From: Eledone cirrhosa
Taxonomy: Eukaryota
DNA length: 64,000 nucleotides
Direction of reading: 5' to 3'
Assembly: GCA_964016885.1 (NCBI GenBank)
Contig: OZ024744.1
Coordinates: forward strand, 22,692,001 to 22,756,000
A program made the position numbers and the translations under genes. The notes under the pieces are model-generated. The model worked only from the letters and a program-made list of their open reading frames with translations, did no database searches and was not told the origin of the DNA. This document shows positions 10,901 to 26,300 of this stretch, piece after piece. How positions within the stretch are numbered: the first letter of the stretch is position 1; each line of letters opens with the position of its first letter.

Positions 10901-13769
10901 ATAACTGAGACTGCCCATCTTCAACCAGTCTAAAAGAGACTGCCCACCTTCGACAATTCTAACAGAGACATCCCACCTTCGACAAACTTAACAGAGACTG
11001 CCTACTTTCGACAAGTCTAACCGAGACTGCCCACATTCGACAAACCTTACAGAGACTTCCCAACTTCGACAAGTCTAATAGAGACTGGCCACATTCGACA
11101 AACCTAACAGAGATTGCCCACTTTCGACAAGTCTAACAGAGACTGCCCACCTTTGACAAACCTAACAGAGACTGCCCACCTTCGACAAACCTAACATAGA
11201 CTGCCCACCTTCGACTAGCCTAACAGCGACTGCCCATCTTCGACAAGTCTAACAGAGACCTCCCACCAATCAACTGGCCTAACAGAGAATGCCCTCCTTC
11301 CACATGTATAACATAGACTACCCACCTTAGACTAGCCTAGCAGAGACTGCCCACCTTCGACAAACTTAACAGAGACTGCCGACCTTCGACAAGTCTAACA
11401 GAGACTACCTACCTTCCCACAAGTCTAAAACACACTGGCCACGTTCAACAAGCCTAACAGTGACTGCCCATCTTCGACAAGTCTAACAGTGACCTGCCAT
11501 CTTCAACAAGCCTAACAGAGACTGCCCTCCATCGACAGGTCTAACTGAGACTACCCACCTTAGACTATCCTAGCAGAGACTGCATACCTTCGACTAACCT
11601 AACAGAGACTGCCCACCTTCGACAAAACTAAAAGAGACTGTCCACCTTCTACAAACCTAACAGAGACTGCCCACATTCGACAAGTCTAACATAAACTGCC
11701 TACCTTCGACAAACCTAACAGAGACTGCCCACCTTCGACAAACCTAACAGAGACTACCAACATTCGACAAACCTAACAGAGACTGCCCACATTCGACAAA
11801 CCAAACAGTGGCTGCCCACTTTCGACAAACGTAACGGAGACTGCCCACCTTCGACAATTCTAAAAGAGACACCCCCCTTCGAAACTTAACAGAGACTGCC
11901 TATTTTCGACAAGGCTAACGGGACTGCCCACATTCGACAATTCTAACAGAGACTGCCCACATACGACAAACCTAACAGAGACTGCCCACCTTCGATAAGC
12001 CTACGAGAGACTACTCAACTTTGACAAGTCTAACAAAGACAATCAACCTTAGACAAGCCTAACAGAGGCTGCTCACCTTCGAAAAACCTAACAGAGACTA
12101 CCGACCATCGATAAATATAACAGGGCCTACCCACCTTCCACAAGCCTAACAGAGAATGCCCTACTTCAACAAACCTAACAGAGAATGCCCTCCTTCGACA
12201 AACCTAACAGAGACTACCGACCTGTGACAAACTTAACAGATAATCCCCACCGTCGACAAACCTAACAGAGACTGCCCACCTTAGACAAACCTAACAGTGA
12301 CTGCCCATTTGCGACAAGCCTAACAGAGACTGCCCACCTTTGACAAACCTAACATAGACTGCCCACCTTCGACAAACCTAACAGAGACTGCCCCCCTTCG
12401 ACAAGCCTAACAGAGAATGCCCTCATAGACAAGACTAACATAGACTACCCACCTTAGAATAGCCTAGCAGAGACTGCGCACCTTCGATTAACCTAACAGA
12501 GACTGCCCATCTTCGGCAAAACTATCAGAGACTGCCCACCTTCTACAAACCTAACAGAGACTGCCCATCTTCGACAAGTCTACCAGAGACTGCCCACATT
12601 CGACAAATCTACCAGAGACTGCCCACCTTCGACAAACCTAACAGAGACTGCCCACCCATCTACAAACCTAACAAAGACTTCCCATCTACGACAAGTCAAA
12701 CAGATACTGCCCACCTTCGTCAAATCTACCAGAGACTGCCCACATTTGACAAACCTAACAGAGACTGCCCACCTTCGACAAGCCTAACAGAGACTGCCCA
12801 CATACGACAAGTCTAACTGAGACTGCCCACCTTCAACCAGTCTAACAGAGATTGCCCACATACGACAAACCTAACAGTGATTGCCCATCTTCGACAAACT
12901 TAACAGAGACTGTAGGCCTTCGACAAGCCTAACAGAGATTGCTCACATACAACAAGTCTAACTGAGACTGCCCACCTTTGACAAGTCTAACAGAGAGTGC
13001 CCACATACGACAAACCGAACAGAGACTGCCCACCTTCGAGAAGCCTAACAGTGACTCTCCACCTTCCACAAACTTAACAAAGACTGCTGACCTTCGACAA
13101 GTCCAACCGAGACTGCCCACCTTCGACAAATTTAACAGAGACTGCCGAACTTCAACAAGTCTAACAGAGACTGACCACCTCCGCTCTAATCGAACACAGG
13201 TTGCCCACCTTCGACAAGGCTAAGAGCGATTGCTCACATTCGACAAGCCTAACAGAGACTGCCCACATTCGACAAGCCTAACAGAGACTGCCCACATTCA
13301 ACAGGTCTAACAGTGACTTATCACCTTCAACAAACCTAACAGAGACTGCCTAACTTCAACAAGTCTAACCGAGACTGCCCACCTTCTACAAACCTAACAG
13401 AGACTGCCCAGCTTCGACAAGTGTAACAGAGACTGGCCACCTCGACAAGTCTAACAGAGAATGCCCACTTTCGACAAGCCTAACAGAGACTGCCCACCTT
13501 CGACAGGCCTAACAGAGATGGCCCGCGTCCCACAAGCCTAACAGAGACTGCCTACCTTCGACAAGTCTAAGGGAAGCGGCCCATCTTCGAAAAGCCTAAC
13601 AGAGACTGCTCATCTTCGATGAACCTAACAGAGACTGCCCTACTTCGACAATTCTAACAGAGACTACCCAACTTAGACAAGCGTATCAGAGAAAGCGCAC
13701 CTTCGACTAACCTAACATAGACTGCTCACTTTAGACAAACCTAACAGAGACTGGCCAACTACGACAAGT
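7973..13769 (+). repeat. Higher-order block copy A (5,797 bp, ~200 monomers)
   Basis: Rare variants recur in order in copies B and C (e.g. CACAGCCGAC, whose GCCG starts at 8021, 13818 and 20397). Identical spurious ORFs occur at 8699/14466/21045 and 12929/18696/25304. Confidence 0.93.
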
Positions 13770-16700
13770 CTAACAGAGACTGCCCACTTTCGACAAACCT
13801 AACAGAGACTGCCCACAGCCGACAATTCTAACAGAGACACACCACCTTCGACAAACTTACCAGGGACTGCCTACTTTCGACAAGTCTAACCGAGACTGCC
13901 CACCTTCGACAAACCTAACAGAGACTGCCCACCTTCGACAAACCTAACAGTGACAACCGACCTTCGACAAACCTAACAGAAACTGCCCACCTTCGACAAA
14001 CCTAACATTGACTGCCCACTTTCGACAAACCTAACAGAGACTGCCCACAACCGACAATTCTAACAGAGACACCCCACCTTCGACAAATTTACCAGGGACT
14101 GCCAACTTTCGACAAGTCTAACCGAGACTGCCCACCTTCGACAAGTCTAACACAGACTGCCCACCTTCGACAAGTCTAACAGCGACTGCTCACATTCAAC
14201 CAGCCTAACAGAGACTGCCCAGCTTCGTCAAACCTAACGGAGACTTCCCGCCTTCGACAAGCCTAACAAAGACTGCTCATCTTCAACAAACCTAACGGAG
14301 ACTGCCCACCTTCAACAACTGTAACAGAGACTGCCCACCTTCGGCAAGTCAAAAAGAGACTGCCCACCTTCGGCAAGTCTAACATAGACTGCCCACATAC
14401 GACAAACCTAACAGAGACGACCGACCTTCGACAAACCTAACAGAGACTGCCCACCTTCGACAAAGCTAACAGAGACTGCCCACCTTCGACACACCTAACA
14501 GAGACTGCCCACCTTCGGCAAGCCTAACAGAGACTGCCCACATTCGACAAGTATAACAGAGACCTCCCACCTTCAACATGCCTAACAGAGAATGCGCTCC
14601 TACGACAAGTCTAACAAAGACTACGCACCTTAGAATAGCGTACCAGAGACTGCGCACCTTCGACTAACCTAACAGAGACTGCCCACCTTCGACAAAACTA
14701 TCGGAGACTGCCCACTTTCTACAAACCTAACAGAGACTGCCCACCTTCAACCAGTCTAGTAGAGACTGCTCACATACGTCAGACCTAACAGAGACTGCCC
14801 AAATTCGAAAAGCCTAACAGAGACTGCACACATTTGACATACCTAACAGAGACTCCCCACATTCGCAAACCTAACAGAGAATTCCCACATTTGACAAGTC
14901 TAACAGAAACTGCCTACCTTCAATAAACCTAACAGAGACTGCCCATCTTCGACAAGCCTAACAGAGACTGCCCTATATTGACAAGTCTAACTGATACTAC
15001 CCACCTTAGACTAGCCTAGCAGAGACTGCACACCTTCGACTAACCTAACAGAGACTGCCCCCTTTCGACAAAACTAAAAGAGACTGCCCACCTTCTACAA
15101 ACCTAACAGAGACTGCCCACATTCGACAAGTCTAACATAAACTGCCTACCTTCGACAAACCTAACAGAGACTGCCCACCTTCGACAAAACTAACAGAGAC
15201 TACCAACCTTCGACAAACCTAACAGAGACGGCCCACCTTCGACAATCCTAACAGAGACTACCGACCTTCGCAAAACCTAACAGAGAGTGCACACATTCAA
15301 CAAACTAAACATTGACTGCCCACTTTCGACAAACCTAACGGAGACTGCCCACCTTCGATAATTCTAACAGAGACACCCCACCTTCGACAAACCTAACAGA
15401 GACTACCCACCTTCGACAAATCTAACAGAGGCTGCCCACATTCCACAAGCCTAATAGAGACAGCCCATCTTCGACAAGTCTAACTGAGACTTCCCACCTT
15501 CAACAAGTCTAACAGAGACTGCCCACATACGACAAAGCTAACAGAGACTGCCCACTTTCGACACATCTAACAGAGACTACCGACCTTCGACAAACTTAAC
15601 AGAGAATCCCCACCTTCGACAAACCTAACAGAGACTGCCCACCTTAGAAAACCTAACAGTGACTGCCCATTTTCGACAAGTCTAACAGAGACTGCCCACC
15701 TTTGACAAGAACTAACATAGACTGCCCACCTTCGACAAACCTAACAGAGACTGCCCACCTTCGACAAGACTAACAGAGTATGCCCTCCTCCGACAAGTCT
15801 AACATAGACTACCAAACTTATACTAGCCTAGCAGAGACTGCTCAACTTCGACTAACCTAACAGAGACTGCCCAGCTTCGGCAAAACTAACAGAGACTTCC
15901 CACCTTCTACAAACCTAACAGAGACTGCCCATCTTCGACAAGTCTAACAGAGACTAACCACCTTCGACCTATCTACCAGAGACTGCCCACCTTCGACAAA
16001 CCTAACAGAGACGGCCCACCTTCTACAAACCTAACAGAGACTGCCCATATTCGACAAGTCTAACATAGACTTCCCACCTTCGCCAAATCTACCAGAGACT
16101 GCCCACCTTCGACAAGCCTAACTGAGACTGCCCACATACGACAAGTCTAACTGAGATGCCAACCTTTGACAAGTCTAAAAGAGAGTGCCCATATACGACA
16201 AACCGAACAGAGACTGCCCAGCTTCGAGAAGCCTAACAGTGACTGTCCATCTTCGACAAACTTAACAGAGACTGCCGACATTCGGCAAGTCTAATCGAGA
16301 CTGCCCACCTTCGACAAGCCTAACAGAGGCTGCCCACATTCGACAATCTTAACAGAGACTGCCTATATTCGACAAACCTAATAGAGACTGCCCACCATCG
16401 ACAAGCCTAACAGAGAGTCGCCAACTTCGACCAGCCCAACAGAGAATGCCAACCTTCGACAAGTCTAACAGAGACTGCCCAGCTTTGTCAAACCCAGGAG
16501 AGACTGCCGACCTTCGACAAGCCTAACAGTGACTATCAATCTGAGACAAGCCTAACAGATACTGCCCACCTTTGACAAACCTAACAGAGACTGCCCACCT
16601 TCGAGAAACCTAACAGAGACTGCCCACGTTCGACAAGCCTAACATAGACTGCCCACATTCGTCAAGTATAACTGAGACTGCCCATCTTCAACCAGTCTAA

Positions 16701-19700
16701 AAGAGACTGCCCACCTTCGACAATTCTAACAGAGACATCCCACCTTCGACAAACTTAACAGAGACTGCCTACTTTCGACAAGTCTAACCGAGACTGCCCA
16801 CATTCGACAAACCTTACAGAGACTTCCCAACTTCGACAAGTCTAATAGAGACTGGCCACATTCGACAAACCTAACAGAGATTGCCCACTTTCGACAAGTC
16901 TAACAGAGACTGCCCACCTTTGACAAACCTAACAGAGACTGCCCACCTTCGACAAACCTAACATAGACTGCCCACCTTCGACTAGCCTAACAGCGACTGC
17001 CCATCTTCGACAAGTCTAACAGAGACCTCCCACCAATCAACTGGCCTAACAGAGAATGCCCTCCTTCCACATGTATAACATAGACTACCCACCTTAGACT
17101 AGCCTAGCAGAGACTGCCCACCTTCGACAAACTTAACAGAGACTGCCGACCTTCGACAAGTCTAACAGAGACTACCTACCTTCCCACAAGTCTAAAACAC
17201 ACTGGCCACGTTCAACAAGCCTAACAGTGACTGCCCATCTTCGACAAGTCTAACAGTGACCTGCCATCTTCAACAAGCCTAACAGAGACTGCCCTCCATC
17301 GACAGGTCTAACTGAGACTACCCACCTTAGACTATCCTAGCAGAGACTGCATACCTTCGACTAACCTAACAGAGACTGCCCACCTTCGACAAAACTAAAA
17401 GAGACTGTCCACCTTCTACAAACCTAACAGAGACTGCCCACATTCGACAAGTCTAACATAAACTGCCTACCTTCGACAAACCTAACAGAGACTGCCCACC
17501 TTCGACAAACCTAACAGAGACTACCAACATTCGACAAACCTAACAGAGACTGCCCACATTCGACAAACCAAACAGTGGCTGCCCACTTTCGACAAACGTA
17601 ACGGAGACTGCCCACCTTCGACAATTCTAAAAGAGACACCCCCCTTCGAAACTTAACAGAGACTGCCTATTTTCGACAAGGCTAACGGGACTGCCCACAT
17701 TCGACAATTCTAACAGAGACTGCCCACATACGACAAACCTAACAGAGACTGCCCACCTTCGATAAGCCTACGAGAGACTACTCAACTTTGACAAGTCTAA
17801 CAAAGACAATCAACCTTAGACAAGCCTAACAGAGGCTGCTCACCTTCGAAAAACCTAACAGAGACTACCGACCATCGATAAATATAACAGGGCCTACCCA
17901 CCTTCCACAAGCCTAACAGAGAATGCCCTACTTCAACAAACCTAACAGAGAATGCCCTCCTTCGACAAACCTAACAGAGACTACCGACCTGTGACAAACT
18001 TAACAGATAATCCCCACCGTCGACAAACCTAACAGAGACTGCCCACCTTAGACAAACCTAACAGTGACTGCCCATTTGCGACAAGCCTAACAGAGACTGC
18101 CCACCTTTGACAAACCTAACATAGACTGCCCACCTTCGACAAACCTAACAGAGACTGCCCCCCTTCGACAAGCCTAACAGAGAATGCCCTCATAGACAAG
18201 ACTAACATAGACTACCCACCTTAGAATAGCCTAGCAGAGACTGCGCACCTTCGATTAACCTAACAGAGACTGCCCATCTTCGGCAAAACTATCAGAGACT
18301 GCCCACCTTCTACAAACCTAACAGAGACTGCCCATCTTCGACAAGTCTACCAGAGACTGCCCACATTCGACAAATCTACCAGAGACTGCCCACCTTCGAC
18401 AAACCTAACAGAGACTGCCCACCCATCTACAAACCTAACAAAGACTTCCCATCTACGACAAGTCAAACAGATACTGCCCACCTTCGTCAAATCTACCAGA
18501 GACTGCCCACATTTGACAAACCTAACAGAGACTGCCCACCTTCGACAAGCCTAACAGAGACTGCCCACATACGACAAGTCTAACTGAGACTGCCCACCTT
18601 CAACCAGTCTAACAGAGATTGCCCACATACGACAAACCTAACAGTGATTGCCCATCTTCGACAAACTTAACAGAGACTGTAGGCCTTCGACAAGCCTAAC
18701 AGAGATTGCTCACATACAACAAGTCTAACTGAGACTGCCCACCTTTGACAAGTCTAACAGAGAGTGCCCACATACGACAAACCGAACAGAGACTGCCCAC
18801 CTTCGAGAAGCCTAACAGTGACTCTCCACCTTCCACAAACTTAACAAAGACTGCTGACCTTCGACAAGTCCAACCGAGACTGCCCACCTTCGACAAATTT
18901 AACAGAGACTGCCGAACTTCAACAAGTCTAACAGAGACTGACCACCTCCGCTCTAATCGAACACAGGTTGCCCACCTTCGACAAGGCTAAGAGCGATTGC
19001 TCACATTCGACAAGCCTAACAGAGACTGCCCACATTCGACAAGCCTAACAGAGACTGCCCACATTCAACAGGTCTAACAGTGACTTATCACCTTCAACAA
19101 ACCTAACAGAGACTGCCTAACTTCAACAAGTCTAACCGAGACTGCCCACCTTCTACAAACCTAACAGAGACTGCCCAGCTTCGACAAGTGTAACAGAGAC
19201 TGGCCACCTCGACAAGTCTAACAGAGAATGCCCACTTTCGACAAGCCTAACAGAGACTGCCCACCTTCGACAGGCCTAACAGAGATGGCCCGCGTCCCAC
19301 AAGCCTAACAGAGACTGCCTACCTTCGACAAGTCTAAGGGAAGCGGCCCATCTTCGAAAAGCCTAACAGAGACTGCTCATCTTCGATAAACCTAACACAG
19401 ACTGCCCTACTTCGACAATTCTAACAGAGACTACCCAACTTAGACAAGCGTATCAGAGATAGCGCACCTTCGACTAACCTAACATAGACTGCTCTCTTTA
19501 GACAAACCTAACAGAGACTGGCCACCTTCGACAAGTCTAACAGAGACTACCGACCTTCGACAAACCTAACAGTAACTACCCACCTTCGACAAGTCTAACA
19601 GAGACTTCCCTACTTAGACAAGCCTAACAGAGACTGCCCACTTTCGACAAACCTGACAGAGACTGCTCACCTTTAGACAAAACTAACAGAGACTGCCACC

Positions 19701-20348
19701 TTTAGACAAAGCTAACAGAGACTCCCGACCTTCGACAAGTATAACAGAGACTGCTCACCTTCGACAAACCTAATATAGACGACCGACCTTCAACAAACCT
19801 AACAGAGACTGCCCACTCCCGTCAATCCTAACAGAGACTACCGACCTTCGACAAGTCTAACAGAGGCTGCCAACATTTGACAAGGCTAACAAAGACTACC
19901 CATCTTCGATAAGCCTAACAGTGACCTCCCACCTTCAACAAGCCTAACAGAGACTGCCCTCCTTCGACAAGTCTAACCTAGACTACCTACCTTAGACTAT
20001 CCTAGCAGAGACTGCGCACCTTCGACTCCCTGACAGAGACTGCCCACCTTCGACAAGCCTAACAGAGACTGCCAACCTTTGACAAGCCTAACAGAGATGG
20101 CCCGCGTTCCACAAGCCTAACAGAGACTGCCTACCTTCGATAAGTCTAAGGGAAGCGGCCCATCTTCGAAAAGCCTAACAGAGACTGCTCATCTTCGATG
20201 AACCTAACAGAGACTGCCCTACTTCGACAATTCTAACAGAGACTACCCAACTTAGACAAGCGTATCAGAGAAAGCGCACCTTCGACTAACCTAACATAGA
20301 CTGCTCACTTTAGACAAACCTAACAGAGACTGGCCAACTACGACAAGT
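13770..20348 (+). repeat. Higher-order block copy B (6,579 bp, ~227 monomers)
   Basis: Offset from A is 5797, falling to 5767 after a 30-bp monomer present only in A. Carries 812 bp absent from A. Confidence 0.93.
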
Positions 20349-23300
20349 CTAACAGAGACTGCCCACTTTCGACAAACCTAACAGAGACTGCCCACAGCCG
20401 ACAATTCTAACAGAGACACACCACCTTCGACAAACTTACCAGGGACTGCCTACTTTCGACAAGTCTAACCGAGACTGCCCACCTTCGACAAACCTAACAG
20501 AGACTGCCCACCTTCGACAAACCTAACAGTGACAACCGACCTTCGACAAACCTAACAGAAACTGCCCACCTTCGACAAACCTAACATTGACTGCCCACTT
20601 TCGACAAACCTAACAGAGACTGCCCACAACCGACAATTCTAACAGAGACACCCCACCTTCGACAAATTTACCAGGGACTGCCAACTTTCGACAAGTCTAA
20701 CCGAGACTGCCCACCTTCGACAAGTCTAACACAGACTGCCCACCTTCGACAAGTCTAACAGCGACTGCTCACATTCAACCAGCCTAACAGAGACTGCCCA
20801 GCTTCGTCAAACCTAACGGAGACTTCCCGCCTTCGACAAGCCTAACAAAGACTGCTCATCTTCAACAAACCTAACGGAGACTGCCCACCTTCAACAACTG
20901 TAACAGAGACTGCCCACCTTCGGCAAGTCAAAAAGAGACTGCCCACCTTCGGCAAGTCTAACATAGACTGCCCACATACGACAAACCTAACAGAGACGAC
21001 CGACCTTCGACAAACCTAACAGAGACTGCCCACCTTCGACAAAGCTAACAGAGACTGCCCACCTTCGACACACCTAACAGAGACTGCCCACCTTCGGCAA
21101 GCCTAACAGAGACTGCCCACATTCGACAAGTATAACAGAGACCTCCCACCTTCAACATGCCTAACAGAGAATGCGCTCCTACGACAAGTCTAACAAAGAC
21201 TACGCACCTTAGAATAGCGTACCAGAGACTGCGCACCTTCGACTAACCTAACAGAGACTGCCCACCTTCGACAAAACTATCGGAGACTGCCCACTTTCTA
21301 CAAACCTAACAGAGACTGCCCACCTTCAACCAGTCTAGTAGAGACTGCTCACATACGTCAGACCTAACAGAGACTGCCCAAATTCGAAAAGCCTAACAGA
21401 GACTGCACACATTTGACATACCTAACAGAGACTCCCCACATTCGCAAACCTAACAGAGAATTCCCACATTTGACAAGTCTAACAGAAACTGCCTACCTTC
21501 AATAAACCTAACAGAGACTGCCCATCTTCGACAAGCCTAACAGAGACTGCCCTATATTGACAAGTCTAACTGATACTACCCACCTTAGACTAGCCTAGCA
21601 GAGACTGCACACCTTCGACTAACCTAACAGAGACTGCCCCCTTTCGACAAAACTAAAAGAGACTGCCCACCTTCTACAAACCTAACAGAGACTGCCCACA
21701 TTCGACAAGTCTAACATAAACTGCCTACCTTCGACAAACCTAACAGAGACTGCCCACCTTCGACAAAACTAACAGAGACTACCAACCTTCGACAAACCTA
21801 ACAGAGACGGCCCACCTTCGACAATCCTAACAGAGACTACCGACCTTCGCAAAACCTAACAGAGAGTGCACACATTCAACAAACTAAACATTGACTGCCC
21901 ACTTTCGACAAACCTAACGGAGACTGCCCACCTTCGATAATTCTAACAGAGACACCCCACCTTCGACAAACCTAACAGAGACTACCCACCTTCGACAAAT
22001 CTAACAGAGGCTGCCCACATTCCACAAGCCTAATAGAGACAGCCCATCTTCGACAAGTCTAACTGAGACTTCCCACCTTCAACAAGTCTAACAGAGACTG
22101 CCCACATACGACAAAGCTAACAGAGACTGCCCACTTTCGACACATCTAACAGAGACTACCGACCTTCGACAAACTTAACAGAGAATCCCCACCTTCGACA
22201 AACCTAACAGAGACTGCCCACCTTAGAAAACCTAACAGTGACTGCCCATTTTCGACAAGACTAACAGAGTATGCCCTCCTCCGACAAGTCTAACAGAGAC
22301 TGCCCACCTTTGACAAGAACTAACATAGACTGCCCACCTTCGACAAACCTAACAGAGACTGCCCACCTTCGACAAGACTAACAGAGTATGCCCTCCTCCG
22401 ACAAGTCTAACATAGACTACCAAACTTATACTAGCCTAGCAGAGACTGCTCAACTTCGACTAACCTAACAGAGACTGCCCAGCTTCGGCAAAACTAACAG
22501 AGACTTCCCACCTTCTACAAACCTAACAGAGACTGCCCATCTTCGACAAGTCTAACAGAGACTAACCACCTTCGACCTATCTACCAGAGACTGCCCACCT
22601 TCGACAAACCTAACAGAGACGGCCCACCTTCTACAAACCTAACAGAGACTGCCCATATTCGACAAGTCTAACATAGACTTCCCACCTTCGCCAAATCTAC
22701 CAGAGACTGCCCACCTTCGACAAGCCTAACTGAGACTGCCCACATACGACAAGTCTAACTGAGATGCCAACCTTTGACAAGTCTAAAAGAGAGTGCCCAT
22801 ATACGACAAACCGAACAGAGACTGCCCAGCTTCGAGAAGCCTAACAGTGACTGTCCATCTTCGACAAACTTAACAGAGACTGCCGACATTCGGCAAGTCT
22901 AATCGAGACTGCCCACCTTCGACAAGCCTAACAGAGGCTGCCCACATTCGACAATCTTAACAGAGACTGCCTATATTCGACAAACCTAATAGAGACTGCC
23001 CACCATCGACAAGCCTAACAGAGAGTCGCCAACTTCGACCAGCCCAACAGAGAATGCCAACCTTCGACAAGTCTAACAGAGACTGCCCAGCTTTGTCAAA
23101 CCCAGGAGAGACTGCCGACCTTCGACAAGCCTAACAGTGACTATCAATCTGAGACAAGCCTAACAGATACTGCCCACCTTTGACAAACCTAACAGAGACT
23201 GCCCACCTTCGAGAAACCTAACAGAGACTGCCCACGTTCGACAAGCCTAACATAGACTGCCCACATTCGTCAAGTATAACTGAGACTGCCCATCTTCAAC

Positions 23301-26300
23301 CAGTCTAAAAGAGACTGCCCACCTTCGACAATTCTAACAGAGACATCCCACCTTCGACAAACTTAACAGAGACTGCCTACTTTCGACAAGTCTAACCGAG
23401 ACTGCCCACATTCGACAAACCTTACAGAGACTTCCCAACTTCGACAAGTCTAATAGAGACTGGCCACATTCGACAAACCTAACAGAGATTGCCCACTTTC
23501 GACAAGTCTAACAGAGACTGCCCACCTTTGACAAACCTAACAGAGACTGCCCACCTTCGACAAACCTAACATAGACTGCCCACCTTCGACTAGCCTAACA
23601 GCGACTGCCCATCTTCGACAAGTCTAACAGAGACCTCCCACCAATCAACTGGCCTAACAGAGAATGCCCTCCTTCCACATGTATAACATAGACTACCCAC
23701 CTTAGACTAGCCTAGCAGAGACTGCCCACCTTCGACAAACTTAACAGAGACTGCCGACCTTCGACAAGTCTAACAGAGACTACCTACCTTCCCACAAGTC
23801 TAAAACACACTGGCCACGTTCAACAAGCCTAACAGTGACTGCCCATCTTCGACAAGTCTAACAGTGACCTGCCATCTTCAACAAGCCTAACAGAGACTGC
23901 CCTCCATCGACAGGTCTAACTGAGACTACCCACCTTAGACTATCCTAGCAGAGACTGCATACCTTCGACTAACCTAACAGAGACTGCCCACCTTCGACAA
24001 AACTAAAAGAGACTGTCCACCTTCTACAAACCTAACAGAGACTGCCCACATTCGACAAGTCTAACATAAACTGCCTACCTTCGACAAACCTAACAGAGAC
24101 TGCCCACCTTCGACAAACCTAACAGAGACTACCAACATTCGACAAACCTAACAGAGACTGCCCACATTCGACAAACCAAACAGTGGCTGCCCACTTTCGA
24201 CAAACGTAACGGAGACTGCCCACCTTCGACAATTCTAAAAGAGACACCCCCCTTCGAAACTTAACAGAGACTGCCTATTTTCGACAAGGCTAACGGGACT
24301 GCCCACATTCGACAATTCTAACAGAGACTGCCCACATACGACAAACCTAACAGAGACTGCCCACCTTCGATAAGCCTACGAGAGACTACTCAACTTTGAC
24401 AAGTCTAACAAAGACAATCAACCTTAGACAAGCCTAACAGAGGCTGCTCACCTTCGAAAAACCTAACAGAGACTACCGACCATCGATAAATATAACAGGG
24501 CCTACCCACCTTCCACAAGCCTAACAGAGAATGCCCTACTTCAACAAACCTAACAGAGAATGCCCTCCTTCGACAAACCTAACAGAGACTACCGACCTGT
24601 GACAAACTTAACAGATAATCCCCACCGTCGACAAACCTAACAGAGACTGCCCACCTTAGACAAACCTAACAGTGACTGCCCATTTGCGACAAGCCTAACA
24701 GAGACTGCCCACCTTTGACAAACCTAACATAGACTGCCCACCTTCGACAAACCTAACAGAGACTGCCCCCCTTCGACAAGCCTAACAGAGAATGCCCTCA
24801 TAGACAAGACTAACATAGACTACCCACCTTAGAATAGCCTAGCAGAGACTGCGCACCTTCGATTAACCTAACAGAGACTGCCCATCTTCGGCAAAACTAT
24901 CAGAGACTGCCCACCTTCTACAAACCTAACAGAGACTGCCCATCTTCGACAAGTCTACCAGAGACTGCCCACATTCGACAAATCTACCAGAGACTGCCCA
25001 CCTTCGACAAACCTAACAGAGACTGCCCACCCATCTACAAACCTAACAAAGACTTCCCATCTACGACAAGTCAAACAGATACTGCCCACCTTCGTCAAAT
25101 CTACCAGAGACTGCCCACATTTGACAAACCTAACAGAGACTGCCCACCTTCGACAAGCCTAACAGAGACTGCCCACATACGACAAGTCTAACTGAGACTG
25201 CCCACCTTCAACCAGTCTAACAGAGATTGCCCACATACGACAAACCTAACAGTGATTGCCCATCTTCGACAAACTTAACAGAGACTGTAGGCCTTCGACA
25301 AGCCTAACAGAGATTGCTCACATACAACAAGTCTAACTGAGACTGCCCACCTTTGACAAGTCTAACAGAGAGTGCCCACATACGACAAACCGAACAGAGA
25401 CTGCCCACCTTCGAGAAGCCTAACAGTGACTCTCCACCTTCCACAAACTTAACAAAGACTGCTGACCTTCGACAAGTCCAACCGAGACTGCCCACCTTCG
25501 ACAAATTTAACAGAGACTGCCGAACTTCAACAAGTCTAACAGAGACTGACCACCTCCGCTCTAATCGAACACAGGTTGCCCACCTTCGACAAGGCTAAGA
25601 GCGATTGCTCACATTCGACAAGCCTAACAGAGACTGCCCACATTCGACAAGCCTAACAGAGACTGCCCACATTCAACAGGTCTAACAGTGACTTATCACC
25701 TTCAACAAACCTAACAGAGACTGCCTAACTTCAACAAGTCTAACCGAGACTGCCCACCTTCTACAAACCTAACAGAGACTGCCCAGCTTCGACAAGTGTA
25801 ACAGAGACTGGCCACCTCGACAAGTCTAACAGAGAATGCCCACTTTCGACAAGCCTAACAGAGACTGCCCACCTTCGACAGGCCTAACAGAGATGGCCCG
25901 CGTCCCACAAGCCTAACAGAGACTGCCTACCTTCGACAAGTCTAAGGGAAGCGGCCCATCTTCGAAAAGCCTAACAGAGACTGCTCATCTTCGATAAACC
26001 TAACACAGACTGCCCTACTTCGACAATTCTAACAGAGACTACCCAACTTAGACAAGCGTATCAGAGATAGCGCACCTTCGACTAACCTAACATAGACTGC
26101 TCTCTTTAGACAAACCTAACAGAGACTGGCCACCTTCGACAAGTCTAACAGAGACTACCGACCTTCGACAAACCTAACAGTAACTACCCACCTTCGACAA
26201 GTCTAACAGAGACTTCCCTACTTAGACAAGCCTAACAGAGACTGCCCACTTTCGACAAACCTGACAGAGACTGCTCACCTTTAGACAAAACTAACAGAGA

